From an uncultured Candidatus Saccharibacteria bacterium (GTDB lineage: Bacteria > Patescibacteriota > Minisyncoccia > Phycocordibacterales > JAACPR01): 52,187 nt of DNA. The position numbers were made by a program, and so were the translations under genes. The notes beneath the pieces are model-generated. The model made no database searches, was not told where the DNA came from, and saw only the letters and a program-made list of their open reading frames with translations. Shown here one piece after another: positions 18,183 to 30,025 of this stretch (its first letter is position 1; every line of letters starts with the position of its first letter). The stretch lies in contig CAZDRR010000002.1 in the NCBI GenBank assembly GCA_964507955.1, forward strand, positions 2,665 to 54,851, read 5' to 3'.

Positions 18183-18212
18183 GAAAAACCCATACGAAAG
18201 TATGGGTTTTTC
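18183..18212 (+). terminator. Intrinsic terminator, GAAAAACCCAYAC family copy 1
   Basis: gaaaaacccatac-gaaa-gtatgggtttttc. Confidence 0.85.
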
Positions 18213-18242
18213 AATAATCTGTAATTATGCTATATTTGCACC

Positions 18243-20750
18243 ATGAAATTTTTACGTAATATATTTGCTGATCAGAATACAAAAACCCTTAAAAAGTACT
18301 ATACACTCGTGGAGAAAGTAAATGCTTTTGAACCTGATATAGAAAAACTCTCAAATGAAGAACTAAAAGCAAAAACTCTTTATTTTAAGTCTCTTTTAAA
18401 TGAAGGAAAAACACTAGATGATATCTTGCCTGAGGCCTTTGCTGTTGTTCGAGAAGCCTCAAAGAGACTTTCGGGAGAAAGACATTATGATGTACAACTT
18501 ATTGGAGGAATGATTATACATGATGGAAAGATTGCTGAAATGAGAACAGGAGAAGGAAAAACACTTGTTGCAACATTGCCAGCATATCTTAATGCGCTTG
18601 CAGGTAAGGGTGTTCATGTTGTTACTGTTAATGATTATCTCGCAAAGAGAGATGCAGTTTGGATGGGGCAAATTTATGATTTTCTTGGATTGAGTGTAGG
18701 TATTATTAATGGTGATCAATCATATGTATATACATCTCAAAAAGAGAACGAAGAAATTGATGAAGAACGAGACGAAGAGGGTTCATATAATGTTATTGAT
18801 GAATTTTTAAAAAAAGTTTCTCGTGTTGAAGCATATAAAGCAGATATTACATATGGGACAAACAGTCAGTTTGGTTTTGATTATCTAAGAGATAATATTG
18901 AATATCAAAAAGAAAATATTAGACAAATTGAACATGCATTCGCGATTGTTGATGAAATTGATTCTATTTTGATTGATGAAGCGCGAACACCACTTATTAT
19001 TTCTGCACCATCAACCGATCCTGAAAATTTATATAAAGTATTTTCACAAATTGTTTCTACATTTGAAAAAGAAACAGACTATACTGTTGATGAAAAACAT
19101 AAAGCTGTCCATCTTACCGATTCTGGTATAGAAAAAGCTGAGAAAGCTTTGGGAGTTGAAAGTATTTATACAGAAAAAGGAGTTAAATATGTTCACCATC
19201 TTGAAACTGCCGTAAAAGCACATGCCTTATATAGAGACAATAAAGAATATGTTGTACGAGACAATAAAGTAATTATTGTTGATGAGTTTACAGGAAGGCT
19301 TCAACCAGGAAGAAGATGGTCTGATGGTATTCATCAAGCTATTGAAGCAAAAGAAGGTGTTCAAATAGAGCAGGAATCTAAAACTTATGCATCTATTACA
19401 TATCAAAACTACTTTAAGATGTATAAAAAACTTGCAGGTATGACAGGAACAGCGATGACTTCATCTGAAGAATTTTTTAAGGTGTATCTTTTGGATACCG
19501 TTGTTGTTCCAACACATCGACCAATACAAAGAATTGACAGAGATGATCTTATTTTTCAAACAGAAGAGGGTAAATTTAGAGCAATAACAGCAAAAATAAA
19601 AGAATTAAACGCAAAGGGACAGCCTGTACTTATTGGTACTGTGTCTATTGAAAAAAATGAAATGCTTTCTGCATTTTTAACAAAAGAAGGTATCAAACAT
19701 GAAGTGTTAAATGCAAAAAATCATGAAGAAGAAGGAAATATTATTGCACGAGCGGGTCATAAAGGTGCGGTAACAATTGCAACAAACATGGCAGGGCGAG
19801 GAGTTGATATCAAGCTTGGAGGCGTTCCTTTTAATAAGGAAGCTTATGAAGAAGTAAAATCATTAGGAGGAATGTTTGTTATTGGTACAGAACGACATGA
19901 AGCAAGAAGAATTGATAACCAGCTTAGAGGTCGTTCCGGACGACAAGGAGATCCAGGAGAAACACAATTTTATGTTTCAATGACAGATGATCTTATGAGA
20001 ATTTTCTCAACTGATCTTGTAAAAAATATGATGGGAAGACTTGGAATTCCTGAGGATCAACCTATTCAAAATAAAATTATTACACGTTCTCTTGAGAGTG
20101 CACAAGAAAAAATAGAAGGAATTAACTTTGATTCAAGAAAACAACTTCTTTCATACGATAATGTACTTAATACACAACGAGAGTCTATTTATAAGAGAAG
20201 ACGTGCAATATTAATTGGAGAAAATCAAACTCTTGAAGAAGAATTGAAAGAAATAACTTCACTGCAAACAGATATTAATGATACTGTACAAAAAAAGATA
20301 ACTGAAATTGGAAAAGAGAATTTCATGCAATTGTTTAGAAGATTCTTACTTCAAAGTATAGATACATTTTGGATTGATCATCTTGAGGCTATGTCTTATG
20401 TAAGATCTGCAGTTGCACTTAGGGCATATGGACAACGAGACCCGCTTATTGAGTATCAAAAAGAAGGAAGAATTATGTTTGAAAATTTAAAAAATGTAAT
20501 TACAAATAGAGTTGTTGCTCTTATACAAAACATAGATGAACAAGGGTTTAAACGAGAGGAAGAACGAGTTAAGGAGGCTATGAAACAAGCACAAAAATCA
20601 GGAGGGAATGATGTTAATGCTTCTATTTCTTCAAAAGAAGATTATGGTAGAAACGACTTAGTTACTCTTATTAAAGATGGTGTTGAACAAGTTATAAAAT
20701 ATAAGAAGGCACAAGACCTGTTATCATCTGGTTGGGAAATTAAAAAATAA
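18243..20750 (+). CDS. secA: Preprotein translocase ATPase SecA
   Basis: MRTGEGKT, VTVNDYLA, DEIDSILIDEARTPLIIS, ATNMAGRGVDI, RRIDNQLRGRSGRQGDPG. Confidence 0.98.
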   Translation: MKFLRNIFADQNTKTLKKYYTLVEKVNAFEPDIEKLSNEELKAKTLYFKSLLNEGKTLDDILPEAFAVVREASKRLSGERHYDVQLIGGMIIHDGKIAEMRTGEGKTLVATLPAYLNALAGKGVHVVTVNDYLAKRDAVWMGQIYDFLGLSVGIINGDQSYVYTSQKENEEIDEERDEEGSYNVIDEFLKKVSRVEAYKADITYGTNSQFGFDYLRDNIEYQKENIRQIEHAFAIVDEIDSILIDEARTPLIISAPSTDPENLYKVFSQIVSTFEKETDYTVDEKHKAVHLTDSGIEKAEKALGVESIYTEKGVKYVHHLETAVKAHALYRDNKEYVVRDNKVIIVDEFTGRLQPGRRWSDGIHQAIEAKEGVQIEQESKTYASITYQNYFKMYKKLAGMTGTAMTSSEEFFKVYLLDTVVVPTHRPIQRIDRDDLIFQTEEGKFRAITAKIKELNAKGQPVLIGTVSIEKNEMLSAFLTKEGIKHEVLNAKNHEEEGNIIARAGHKGAVTIATNMAGRGVDIKLGGVPFNKEAYEEVKSLGGMFVIGTERHEARRIDNQLRGRSGRQGDPGETQFYVSMTDDLMRIFSTDLVKNMMGRLGIPEDQPIQNKIITRSLESAQEKIEGINFDSRKQLLSYDNVLNTQRESIYKRRRAILIGENQTLEEELKEITSLQTDINDTVQKKITEIGKENFMQLFRRFLLQSIDTFWIDHLEAMSYVRSAVALRAYGQRDPLIEYQKEGRIMFENLKNVITNRVVALIQNIDEQGFKREEERVKEAMKQAQKSGGNDVNASISSKEDYGRNDLVTLIKDGVEQVIKYKKAQDLLSSGWEIKK

Positions 20751-20766
20751 AGGGTATTATATAGAT

Positions 20767-21912
20767 ATGAGACTTTTGTATCTATTAATTACCTTGTTTT
20801 TCCTTGTTCCAAACAGCTTATTTGCCTTTGATGGAAAAGTTGCCCCAGATATATCAATTAGTGAGAATTATGTGTCTGATACCAATATCTATCTTGCAAG
20901 TTTGCATACTTGGTTTAATGCAACATATCAAAAAGATGTAACTTCTGTATCTCTTGAACAGACAATTCATGGAACTGTGTATGGTGATATTATTGCACTA
21001 GGAAAAAAAGTTAATATATCAGGAGAAACTTTCGGTGATGTAAGGGTTTTTGGAGATACTATAACTATATCTGGTGTTGTAGATGAAGATCTTGTTGTTG
21101 TAGGAAGACATGTCATCGTATCAAAAGACGCAATTATTAATGGTGATACTTTAATTCTCGGTCATACTGTTGAACTTCAAGGACAACTACTTGGACAGAG
21201 TCAAATAAATTCAAGTAAAATAGTCGTTTCAGGTGAAATTTCAGGACCCACAACCTTAACTGGATCGAGAATAAGTTTTATCTCAGGATCAAAGATACTT
21301 TCTCAAATTTCATATTTTTCACCACAAAGAGCTTTTTTTGAACAGGGTGTAGAAATTCAAAAAGAACCGAGTTTTAACCAAATTGAATCAATAAAGCAGA
21401 ATGATTTTATTAAAAGAGTATTTCTTGGCTTTGTAAGTTTTTGGGCGATAATTAAATTAATTGCAACACTTTTCGTTATCTTTGTTCTTACACATTTATT
21501 TAAAGTTCATGTTCAAAAAACTTTAGAATTTATAAAAGCTGATAAGATTAAAAATGCGATTATCGGTCTTATTTCTTTTATTGTTACTCCGATTGTAATA
21601 GTAATTCTATTTGCAAGTCTGATTTTGATACCAGTATCTATTATTGTTGCATGTATATTTATAATATACATTATGTTGTTGCCTGCAATGAGTGCTATTA
21701 TTCTTGCTTCTTTATATCAATTATATGTGCAAAAGAAACCAAAAATTAGTATAGAATTTAATTTAGCAGCACTTATGTTAATAGGAATAACTTTTATCGG
21801 ATTTATTCCGTATGTAGGCTCTTTAGTTACATATATATTATATATGATATCTTTTGGAACAATGATGAGATATTTATACGAACAAATTAGAAGGAAAAAA
21901 TTAAGTTTATAA
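20767..21912 (+). CDS. Membrane protein with bactofilin/polymer-forming-like beta-repeat region and C-terminal TM bundle
   Basis: Signal-like N-terminus; repeated I.G.V.GD motifs (IHGTVYGD, ISGETFGD, ISGVVDED, INGD); about 5 TMs at C-terminus. Confidence 0.6.
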   Translation: MRLLYLLITLFFLVPNSLFAFDGKVAPDISISENYVSDTNIYLASLHTWFNATYQKDVTSVSLEQTIHGTVYGDIIALGKKVNISGETFGDVRVFGDTITISGVVDEDLVVVGRHVIVSKDAIINGDTLILGHTVELQGQLLGQSQINSSKIVVSGEISGPTTLTGSRISFISGSKILSQISYFSPQRAFFEQGVEIQKEPSFNQIESIKQNDFIKRVFLGFVSFWAIIKLIATLFVIFVLTHLFKVHVQKTLEFIKADKIKNAIIGLISFIVTPIVIVILFASLILIPVSIIVACIFIIYIMLLPAMSAIILASLYQLYVQKKPKISIEFNLAALMLIGITFIGFIPYVGSLVTYILYMISFGTMMRYLYEQIRRKKLSL

Positions 21913-21915
21913 CAT

Positions 21916-22788
21916 ATGAAAATAGTGACCCATAATGATAGATTTCATGCGGATGATGTGTGTGCTATGGCTACGCTAAGGATTTTGCTTGGAGATACAA
22001 TCACTGAAGTTCTGAGAACACGAGATCAAGATATTATTAAAAACGCAGATATTGTGTTTGATGTTGGACATATATATGATCCTGATACAAATCGCTTTGA
22101 TCATCATCAAAGCGAAGGTGCTGGTAAAAGAGAAAACGGAATCCCATATGCTTCTTTTGGCTTAGTTTGGAAAAAATACGGGAAAGAGATCTGTAATTCA
22201 CAAGAGGTTGCAGATTTAATTGAAAAAAAACTGGTTCAAGTAATTGACGCACATGATAATGGTTTTATTATTGCTGACTATAAATATCCAAACATAAGAG
22301 AATATACAATTTCTACAATTTGTGGAATTTTTGGAGCAACATGGAAAGAAGAAGATAATTATGACAAAGCTTTTTTTGAAGTAGTAGAACTTATAGAAAA
22401 AATTTTACGAAGGGAAATAAAGATAGCTCAAGATAAGATTGAAGCAATTCCATTTGTAGAAAGAGCATATCAAGATGCAGAAGATAAGAGAATAATTATA
22501 CTTGATGGATATTATCCTTGGAATGACGTACTTAATAAATACAAAGATGTTTTATTTGTTGTTTCTCCAAGTAAAGATGGAAAACAGTGGAGAGCTGAAT
22601 CAGTTCAAGAGGAAGGTTTTATAAATAGAAAAGGTTTTCCACCTGCATGGGCCGGACTTCGGGGTGCTGATTTAGAAAAAGTAACAGGAATTCCCGGTTC
22701 ACTTTTTTGTCATAGAGCAGTATTTCTTGCAGTCGGTAACACTAAAGAAGTAGCTATAAAACTTGCCAAAATTGCTTTAGAATCGTAA
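21916..22788 (+). CDS. MYG1-family (UPF0160) DHH-like exonuclease
   Basis: VTHNDRFHADDV, RTRD, DVGHIYD...FDHHQ, YASFGLVWKKYG, WAGLRG, FCHRAVF. Confidence 0.92.
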   Translation: MKIVTHNDRFHADDVCAMATLRILLGDTITEVLRTRDQDIIKNADIVFDVGHIYDPDTNRFDHHQSEGAGKRENGIPYASFGLVWKKYGKEICNSQEVADLIEKKLVQVIDAHDNGFIIADYKYPNIREYTISTICGIFGATWKEEDNYDKAFFEVVELIEKILRREIKIAQDKIEAIPFVERAYQDAEDKRIIILDGYYPWNDVLNKYKDVLFVVSPSKDGKQWRAESVQEEGFINRKGFPPAWAGLRGADLEKVTGIPGSLFCHRAVFLAVGNTKEVAIKLAKIALES

Positions 22789-22800
22789 AGTAAGCATCTT

Positions 22801-23757
22801 ATGTCATTTGTAGACGAGTTAAAAATACATCTAAAAGCAGGTAATGGAGGCGATGGAGTCGTTCGTTGGCTTCATATTAAAGGGAAAGAATATTCTGGCC
22901 CTGCAGGAGGTAATGGTGGGCGTGGAGGAGATGTATATGTCCATGCGGTTAGAAATTCTTCTATTCTTGAAAAATATACTCAAAAAGTAGAGATGCACGC
23001 AGGTAATGGAGAAGATGGTGGCAATAGAAGTAAGACTGGTGCTGATGGTGAAGATATTACAATTGATCTTCCACTTGGTTCTTATATAAAGAATCTAGAG
23101 ACAGGAGTTGAGTATGAGCTTCTTGAAGATAATCAAACTATAAAAATTCTTCACGGAGGTAATGGGGGTCTTGGAAATGAAATGTTCAAAGGTCCAATCA
23201 ATCGTGCGCCCGAACAGCAAACAGATGGTAAACCAGGAGAAGAAGCTGATTTTTATATTGAACTTAGATTGATTGCTGATTACGGTTTGATAGGTCTTCC
23301 TAATGCAGGTAAGTCTACACTTCTTAATACTCTTACTAATTCAAAATCAAAAGTGGGAAACTATAATTTTACAACATTAGAACCACATCTTGGGGATATG
23401 TATGGAATTATGATTGCAGATATTCCAGGGTTAATTGAAGGTGCAAGTGAAGGAAAAGGCTTGGGACATAAATTTCTCAGACATATAACAAGAACAGGAA
23501 CACTTCTTCATTGTATATCTGCCGAATCGAGTACTATTAAAGATGATTATGAAACAATTAGAGCTGAGCTGAAGGCATTTAATCCTGACCTTATCAAAAA
23601 AGAAGAAATTATCTTAATAACAAAAGTTGATTGTATTGAAGATATTGATATTTTCAAAAAAGAGTTACTTAAATCTTTTAAAGATAAAGAAATCTTATTT
23701 GTATCTGTTCTAGATGATACTTCTATTGAAGCTCTCAAAAAAAGACTTACAAAATAA
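22801..23757 (+). CDS. obgE: GTPase ObgE/CgtA (no C-terminal extension)
   Basis: [56 protein letters not shown]. Confidence 0.96.
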   Translation: MSFVDELKIHLKAGNGGDGVVRWLHIKGKEYSGPAGGNGGRGGDVYVHAVRNSSILEKYTQKVEMHAGNGEDGGNRSKTGADGEDITIDLPLGSYIKNLETGVEYELLEDNQTIKILHGGNGGLGNEMFKGPINRAPEQQTDGKPGEEADFYIELRLIADYGLIGLPNAGKSTLLNTLTNSKSKVGNYNFTTLEPHLGDMYGIMIADIPGLIEGASEGKGLGHKFLRHITRTGTLLHCISAESSTIKDDYETIRAELKAFNPDLIKKEEIILITKVDCIEDIDIFKKELLKSFKDKEILFVSVLDDTSIEALKKRLTK

Positions 23758-23797
23758 GTCATATCGTTAGATGATAATGAAAAAGTTGTAACAAAAT

Positions 23798-23806
23798 TGT
23801 GGATAA
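23798..23806 (-). promoter_or_regulatory. Perfect DnaA box upstream of the pilin gene
   Basis: TGTGGATAA (reverse complement TTATCCACA), intergenic, about 30 bp upstream of TATAAT 23835-40. Confidence 0.4.
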
Positions 23807-23888
23807 CTAAATAACCCTTATTTTTCAAAGAGAATATAATACAAGTATAAGTTTAATAGTCGTCGTAAGACACGGAAGCTGTTAAATT

Positions 23889-23910
23889 TATTAATTAACG
23901 TTAATTAATA
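23889..23910. repeat. Perfect 22-bp palindrome in pilin 5' region
   Basis: tattaattaac|gttaattaata. Confidence 0.7.
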
Positions 23911-23929
23911 GTAAGTTTTTATTAAAAAT

Positions 23930-24397
23930 ATGAATACAAAGACAAAAGGTTTTACATTGATTGAACTTCTTGTAGTAATCGCTATCATCGGTATTCTTTC
24001 TTCTGTAGTGTTGGCATCGCTCAACAGTGCACGAAACAAAGGTGCGGATGCTGCGGTTAAAGCGAACCTCAATGGTATACGAGCACAAGCAGAGCTTTAT
24101 TACGATACTAATAGTAAATATAATGTTACTTCTGGTACAGCACTCTCAGGTACCGGTTCAGCTGGAGCTGTTTGTGGAGTTACTACTGGTATGTTCTCAG
24201 ATACTAATATCACAAATGCTTTATCACAAGTTGCTGGTCAAATGGCAGGTACTGCAACAATGACATGTACAACAAATACAGCAGGAGATAAATGGGCAGT
24301 TTCTGTAAGTGTTCTTAAGGGAGCTGGAACTTCATGGTGTGTTGACAACTCCGGTTGGTCAAAAGCAGGTACTGCGGCATCAGGTGTTTGCTCTTAG
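23930..24397 (+). CDS. pilA: Type IV major pilin-like protein
   Basis: Class III signal KG|FTLIELLVVIAIIGILSSVVLASL; Ser/Thr/Gly-rich variable domain with 4 Cys, ending in Cys-Ser. Confidence 0.9.
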   Translation: MNTKTKGFTLIELLVVIAIIGILSSVVLASLNSARNKGADAAVKANLNGIRAQAELYYDTNSKYNVTSGTALSGTGSAGAVCGVTTGMFSDTNITNALSQVAGQMAGTATMTCTTNTAGDKWAVSVSVLKGAGTSWCVDNSGWSKAGTAASGVCS

Positions 24398-24420
24398 TAA
24401 ATCTGTTTTTTACATCTAGA

Positions 24421-24486
24421 TTCAAAAAAACCACCGTTAGGTGGTTTTTTTGAATTCAGGTCGCGCCTACGGCGCGACCTGAATTC
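24421..24486. terminator. Two abutting perfect hairpins after pilin
   Basis: ttcaaaaaaaccacc-gtta-ggtggtttttttgaa (15 bp) overlapping gaattcaggtcgcgcc-tac-ggcgcgacctgaattc (16 bp). Confidence 0.85.
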
Positions 24487-24524
24487 TTATGATTTAATAA
24501 AATAAAATGCTATACTTAAAGCAT

Positions 24525-25331
24525 ATGATTGCAGTATTCACACTATATTTTTTTGTTTTAGGAATTATTATCGGTAGTTTTTTGAATGTAGTTATTTTTA
24601 GATATAACACTGGAAGAACATTTGGTGGACGCTCATCCTGTATGTCTTGCAAAACTCAACTCACATGGAAAGAGTTGATTCCTATCTTTTCTTTTTTGTT
24701 TCAAAAGGGAAGATGTAAAACATGTAAAACAAAATTGAGTATTCAATATCTTATTGTTGAACTAATTACAGGCTTACTTTTTGCTGGTAATTTTTTGTTT
24801 ATCTTTGCAAAGACTGATTCCATCTTTCAGTTTGTTGGCACCGTAGGTTTAACAAGCTGTATTATTGCGTGCATGGTTATAATTTTTATATATGATGTAA
24901 AGCATAAAATTATTCCAGATTTATTTTCATTTACTGCTTTTGGACTGAGTATTGTTCTTATTTTGTTTTTATTTCCTTATATTTTAATCCCTAGAATTCT
25001 TGCATCGGGTATATTTTATTTTGTTGTATGGTTTATTTGGAAAGTATCAAAAGGAAGAATGATTGGACTTGGTGACGCAAAATTATTACTTTCAATTGGT
25101 ATGACACTTGGATTTGTGTATGGTTTATCTGCGATTTTTATTGCGGCTTGGTTGGGAGCTGCATATGTCATGTATATTTTGTTGAAAGTACGATTGAGCA
25201 AGACTGCTAAACATATTACAATGAAAACAGAAATCCCATTCGGACCATTTCTTATCTTAGGATTTTTGATTGTGTATTTTACTCATATCGATGTGACTAA
25301 CATAACATTCTTATTAGAAAATTTTTCATGA
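24525..25331 (+). CDS. pilD: Prepilin peptidase (A24)
   Basis: GSFLNVVIFR, RSSCMSC...CKTC Zn site, YDVKHKIIPD, GLGDAKLL, IPFGPFL; start moved to ATG 24525. Confidence 0.93.
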   Translation: MIAVFTLYFFVLGIIIGSFLNVVIFRYNTGRTFGGRSSCMSCKTQLTWKELIPIFSFLFQKGRCKTCKTKLSIQYLIVELITGLLFAGNFLFIFAKTDSIFQFVGTVGLTSCIIACMVIIFIYDVKHKIIPDLFSFTAFGLSIVLILFLFPYILIPRILASGIFYFVVWFIWKVSKGRMIGLGDAKLLLSIGMTLGFVYGLSAIFIAAWLGAAYVMYILLKVRLSKTAKHITMKTEIPFGPFLILGFLIVYFTHIDVTNITFLLENFS

Positions 25332-25915
25332 AATACCATAAACAAAAAGGTTTTACTTTGATTGAGATGGTTGCCGTATTAGGTATCTTTATGGTCCTTA
25401 CTTCTATTGTAATTTTTAATTATTCAAAATTCAGAAGTGATACGATCTTAACCAACATGGCATATGAAGTCGCATTAACTATCCGTGAGGCTCAGATTTA
25501 CGGAGTGTCTGCTCGTAGTTCAGGTGCTTCATTTGAAAATGCGTATGGTATTTTTATTCCTTCATCTTCAGCAACTCAGTATTCTGTATTCTCAGATACG
25601 AGTGGAGATTTAATATTTTCTGGAGACAGTTGTTTATTAAGTGGTGGTGATAATTGTACTACTACATACAATTTTCAAAATAATATAAAGATTTCTCAAT
25701 TAGATGTAAAAATCGGAAGTAGCTGTCAACCAGCAAGTAGTTTAAGCATCTCATTTAAAAGACCAAATCCCGAGCCAATAATTAGAAGAAATTCCGGAAA
25801 TGAGGCTATAAGTCTCGCACAAATAAAAGTCTCAACTGCAGAAGGTGTTAGTAGATATGTAGTAATATATGGTAATGGGCAAGTTGCTGTTCTTAATGAA
25901 TCACAATGCAATTAG
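25328..25915 (+). CDS. Type IV minor pilin (FimT/GspH-like)
   Basis: KG|FTLIEMVAVLGIFMVL. Confidence 0.85.
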   Translation: MKYHKQKGFTLIEMVAVLGIFMVLTSIVIFNYSKFRSDTILTNMAYEVALTIREAQIYGVSARSSGASFENAYGIFIPSSSATQYSVFSDTSGDLIFSGDSCLLSGGDNCTTTYNFQNNIKISQLDVKIGSSCQPASSLSISFKRPNPEPIIRRNSGNEAISLAQIKVSTAEGVSRYVVIYGNGQVAVLNESQCN

Positions 25916-26490
25916 AAAAAAATAAAAAAAGAATAGCAGGATTTACACTTATTGAACTTCTTGTTTCGATTGCACTTTTTTCTATTGTACTTACAGTTAC
26001 TCTTGGTTCTATTATGACTATTGCTGATTCAAATAAGAAGGCACGATCTCTTATGTCTGTTACTAACAATCTTAATTTCGCTATTGATAGTATGGTTAGA
26101 AGTTTTAAATCTGGAGAAATTGATGTTAATCCTGTATTTGATTTTTCTGGTGGTGATAATAATTGTTTTTCAACAAAGGAAATTGATTATGGTACTAATT
26201 CTGAATTTGCTAATACTCGACGTCCAGTAGAGTATTGTTGGATTGAAGATAATGGTGTTGGTGATGCAAAAAAGGGAAAAATTGTAAAAATTGTTAATGG
26301 AGATACAATCGATCTTACTTCTCCTGATGTTGATGTTGATTATCTTAGATTTGAAGCGCCTACTCCTGTACAAGGAAGTATTCAACCAATGTTATCAATT
26401 ATGATTGAAGGTAAAGTAAAAATTTCTGAAAAAGTTTCTTCACAATTTTCTATTCAAACTTCGGTCTCACAAAGAAGGTTAAATATTTAA
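25906..26490 (+). CDS. Type IV minor pilin (PilW/GspJ-like)
   Basis: AG|FTLIELLVSIALFSIVL; C-terminal QTSVSQR. Confidence 0.85.
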   Translation: MQLEKNKKRIAGFTLIELLVSIALFSIVLTVTLGSIMTIADSNKKARSLMSVTNNLNFAIDSMVRSFKSGEIDVNPVFDFSGGDNNCFSTKEIDYGTNSEFANTRRPVEYCWIEDNGVGDAKKGKIVKIVNGDTIDLTSPDVDVDYLRFEAPTPVQGSIQPMLSIMIEGKVKISEKVSSQFSIQTSVSQRRLNI

Positions 26491-26493
26491 TAT

Positions 26494-27060
26494 ATGAATA
26501 ATTTCAATAATAAAAAAATATCTAACAAAAAAGGGTTTACTATTATAGAGACTCTTGTTGCGATATTTATTTTACTTGTTTCTACTACTGGACCTCTTAC
26601 ATTTGCACAAAGTGGTCTTCGTTCATCATTTCTTGCACGAGATCAAATTACGGCTTTTTATATAGCGCAAGACTCTATTGAAACATTAAAAAATATAAGA
26701 GATAACACTTCACTCTATAATCGAAATCAATCAAGTTCAACAAAAGTTCCTTGGCTTTTTGATTTTGGTGTATGTAGTCCAAGTGTGTTAGGTGAAACTG
26801 TTACCTGTAACTTTGATGATGCACAAGCACAATCTTGCGGTGATAGTGACTGTACTACACCTTTATATTTTGATTCTGAAACAAAGAAATTTAGTATTAC
26901 ATCAAACTCAAGAACAGTTCCTTCAAAGTACATTAGAACAATTTATGTCACAGAATTAATTCAAGATAGGGAGGCTCAAGTTATAGTAAAAGTTGAATGG
27001 GATTCAAATTTTTTTGCTACAAAGAGAATTATTATTCAAGAGAATATTTATAATATATAA
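26494..27060 (+). CDS. Type IV minor pilin (PilV/GspI-like)
   Basis: KG|FTIIETLVAIFILL; AFYIAQDSIETLKNIRD. Confidence 0.85.
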   Translation: MNNFNNKKISNKKGFTIIETLVAIFILLVSTTGPLTFAQSGLRSSFLARDQITAFYIAQDSIETLKNIRDNTSLYNRNQSSSTKVPWLFDFGVCSPSVLGETVTCNFDDAQAQSCGDSDCTTPLYFDSETKKFSITSNSRTVPSKYIRTIYVTELIQDREAQVIVKVEWDSNFFATKRIIIQENIYNI

Positions 27061-27062
27061 GC

Positions 27063-29629
<2,567 letters not shown>

Positions 29630-29636
29630 GTTTATC

Positions 29637-29701
29637 AAAACAAAAATATCTTTAAGAGTTAGGGCTCATTTTTAAATAACTTTTGAAGATATTTTTGTTT
29701 T
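29637..29701 (+). terminator. 25-bp inverted repeat (2 G-U pairs) with 15-nt loop after ligA
   Basis: aaaacaaaaatatctttaagagtta ... taacttttgaagatatttttgtttt. Confidence 0.6.
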
Positions 29702-29737
29702 AATGACATATTCTGTGATTTTTGCTAGTATAGCCCT

Positions 29738-30022
29738 ATGAATAGTAAAGATATTAAGCATTTAGCAACTCTCTCAAGACTTCATCTAAATGATGATGAG
29801 ATTGATGCATACACAAAACAATTCGATGAGATTGTTGCCTATGTAGATAAAATTAAAGAAGTGACATCTGATTCCGACTCCGAAGTTATTGAATCTAATG
29901 AGGTTAAAAATGTGCTAAGAGAAGATATCGTAAGATCATATCAAAACCCAGAACAAATAATTAACGAAGCTCCTTCTCATCAAGATAATTTTGTTAAAGT
30001 TAAAAAGATTTTAAATCAATAA
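29738..30022 (+). CDS. gatC: Asp/Glu-tRNA amidotransferase subunit C
   Basis: IKHLATLSRL, NVLRED, FVKVKKIL; directly before gatA. Confidence 0.92.
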   Translation: MNSKDIKHLATLSRLHLNDDEIDAYTKQFDEIVAYVDKIKEVTSDSDSEVIESNEVKNVLREDIVRSYQNPEQIINEAPSHQDNFVKVKKILNQ

Positions 30023-30025
30023 TTT

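Noticed and set aside
23841-23930. c-di-GMP or other known riboswitch in the pilin leader
   Set aside because: No GEMM-type GNRA/receptor two-hairpin consensus or other aptamer signature recognisable; only a 3-bp GNRA hairpin.
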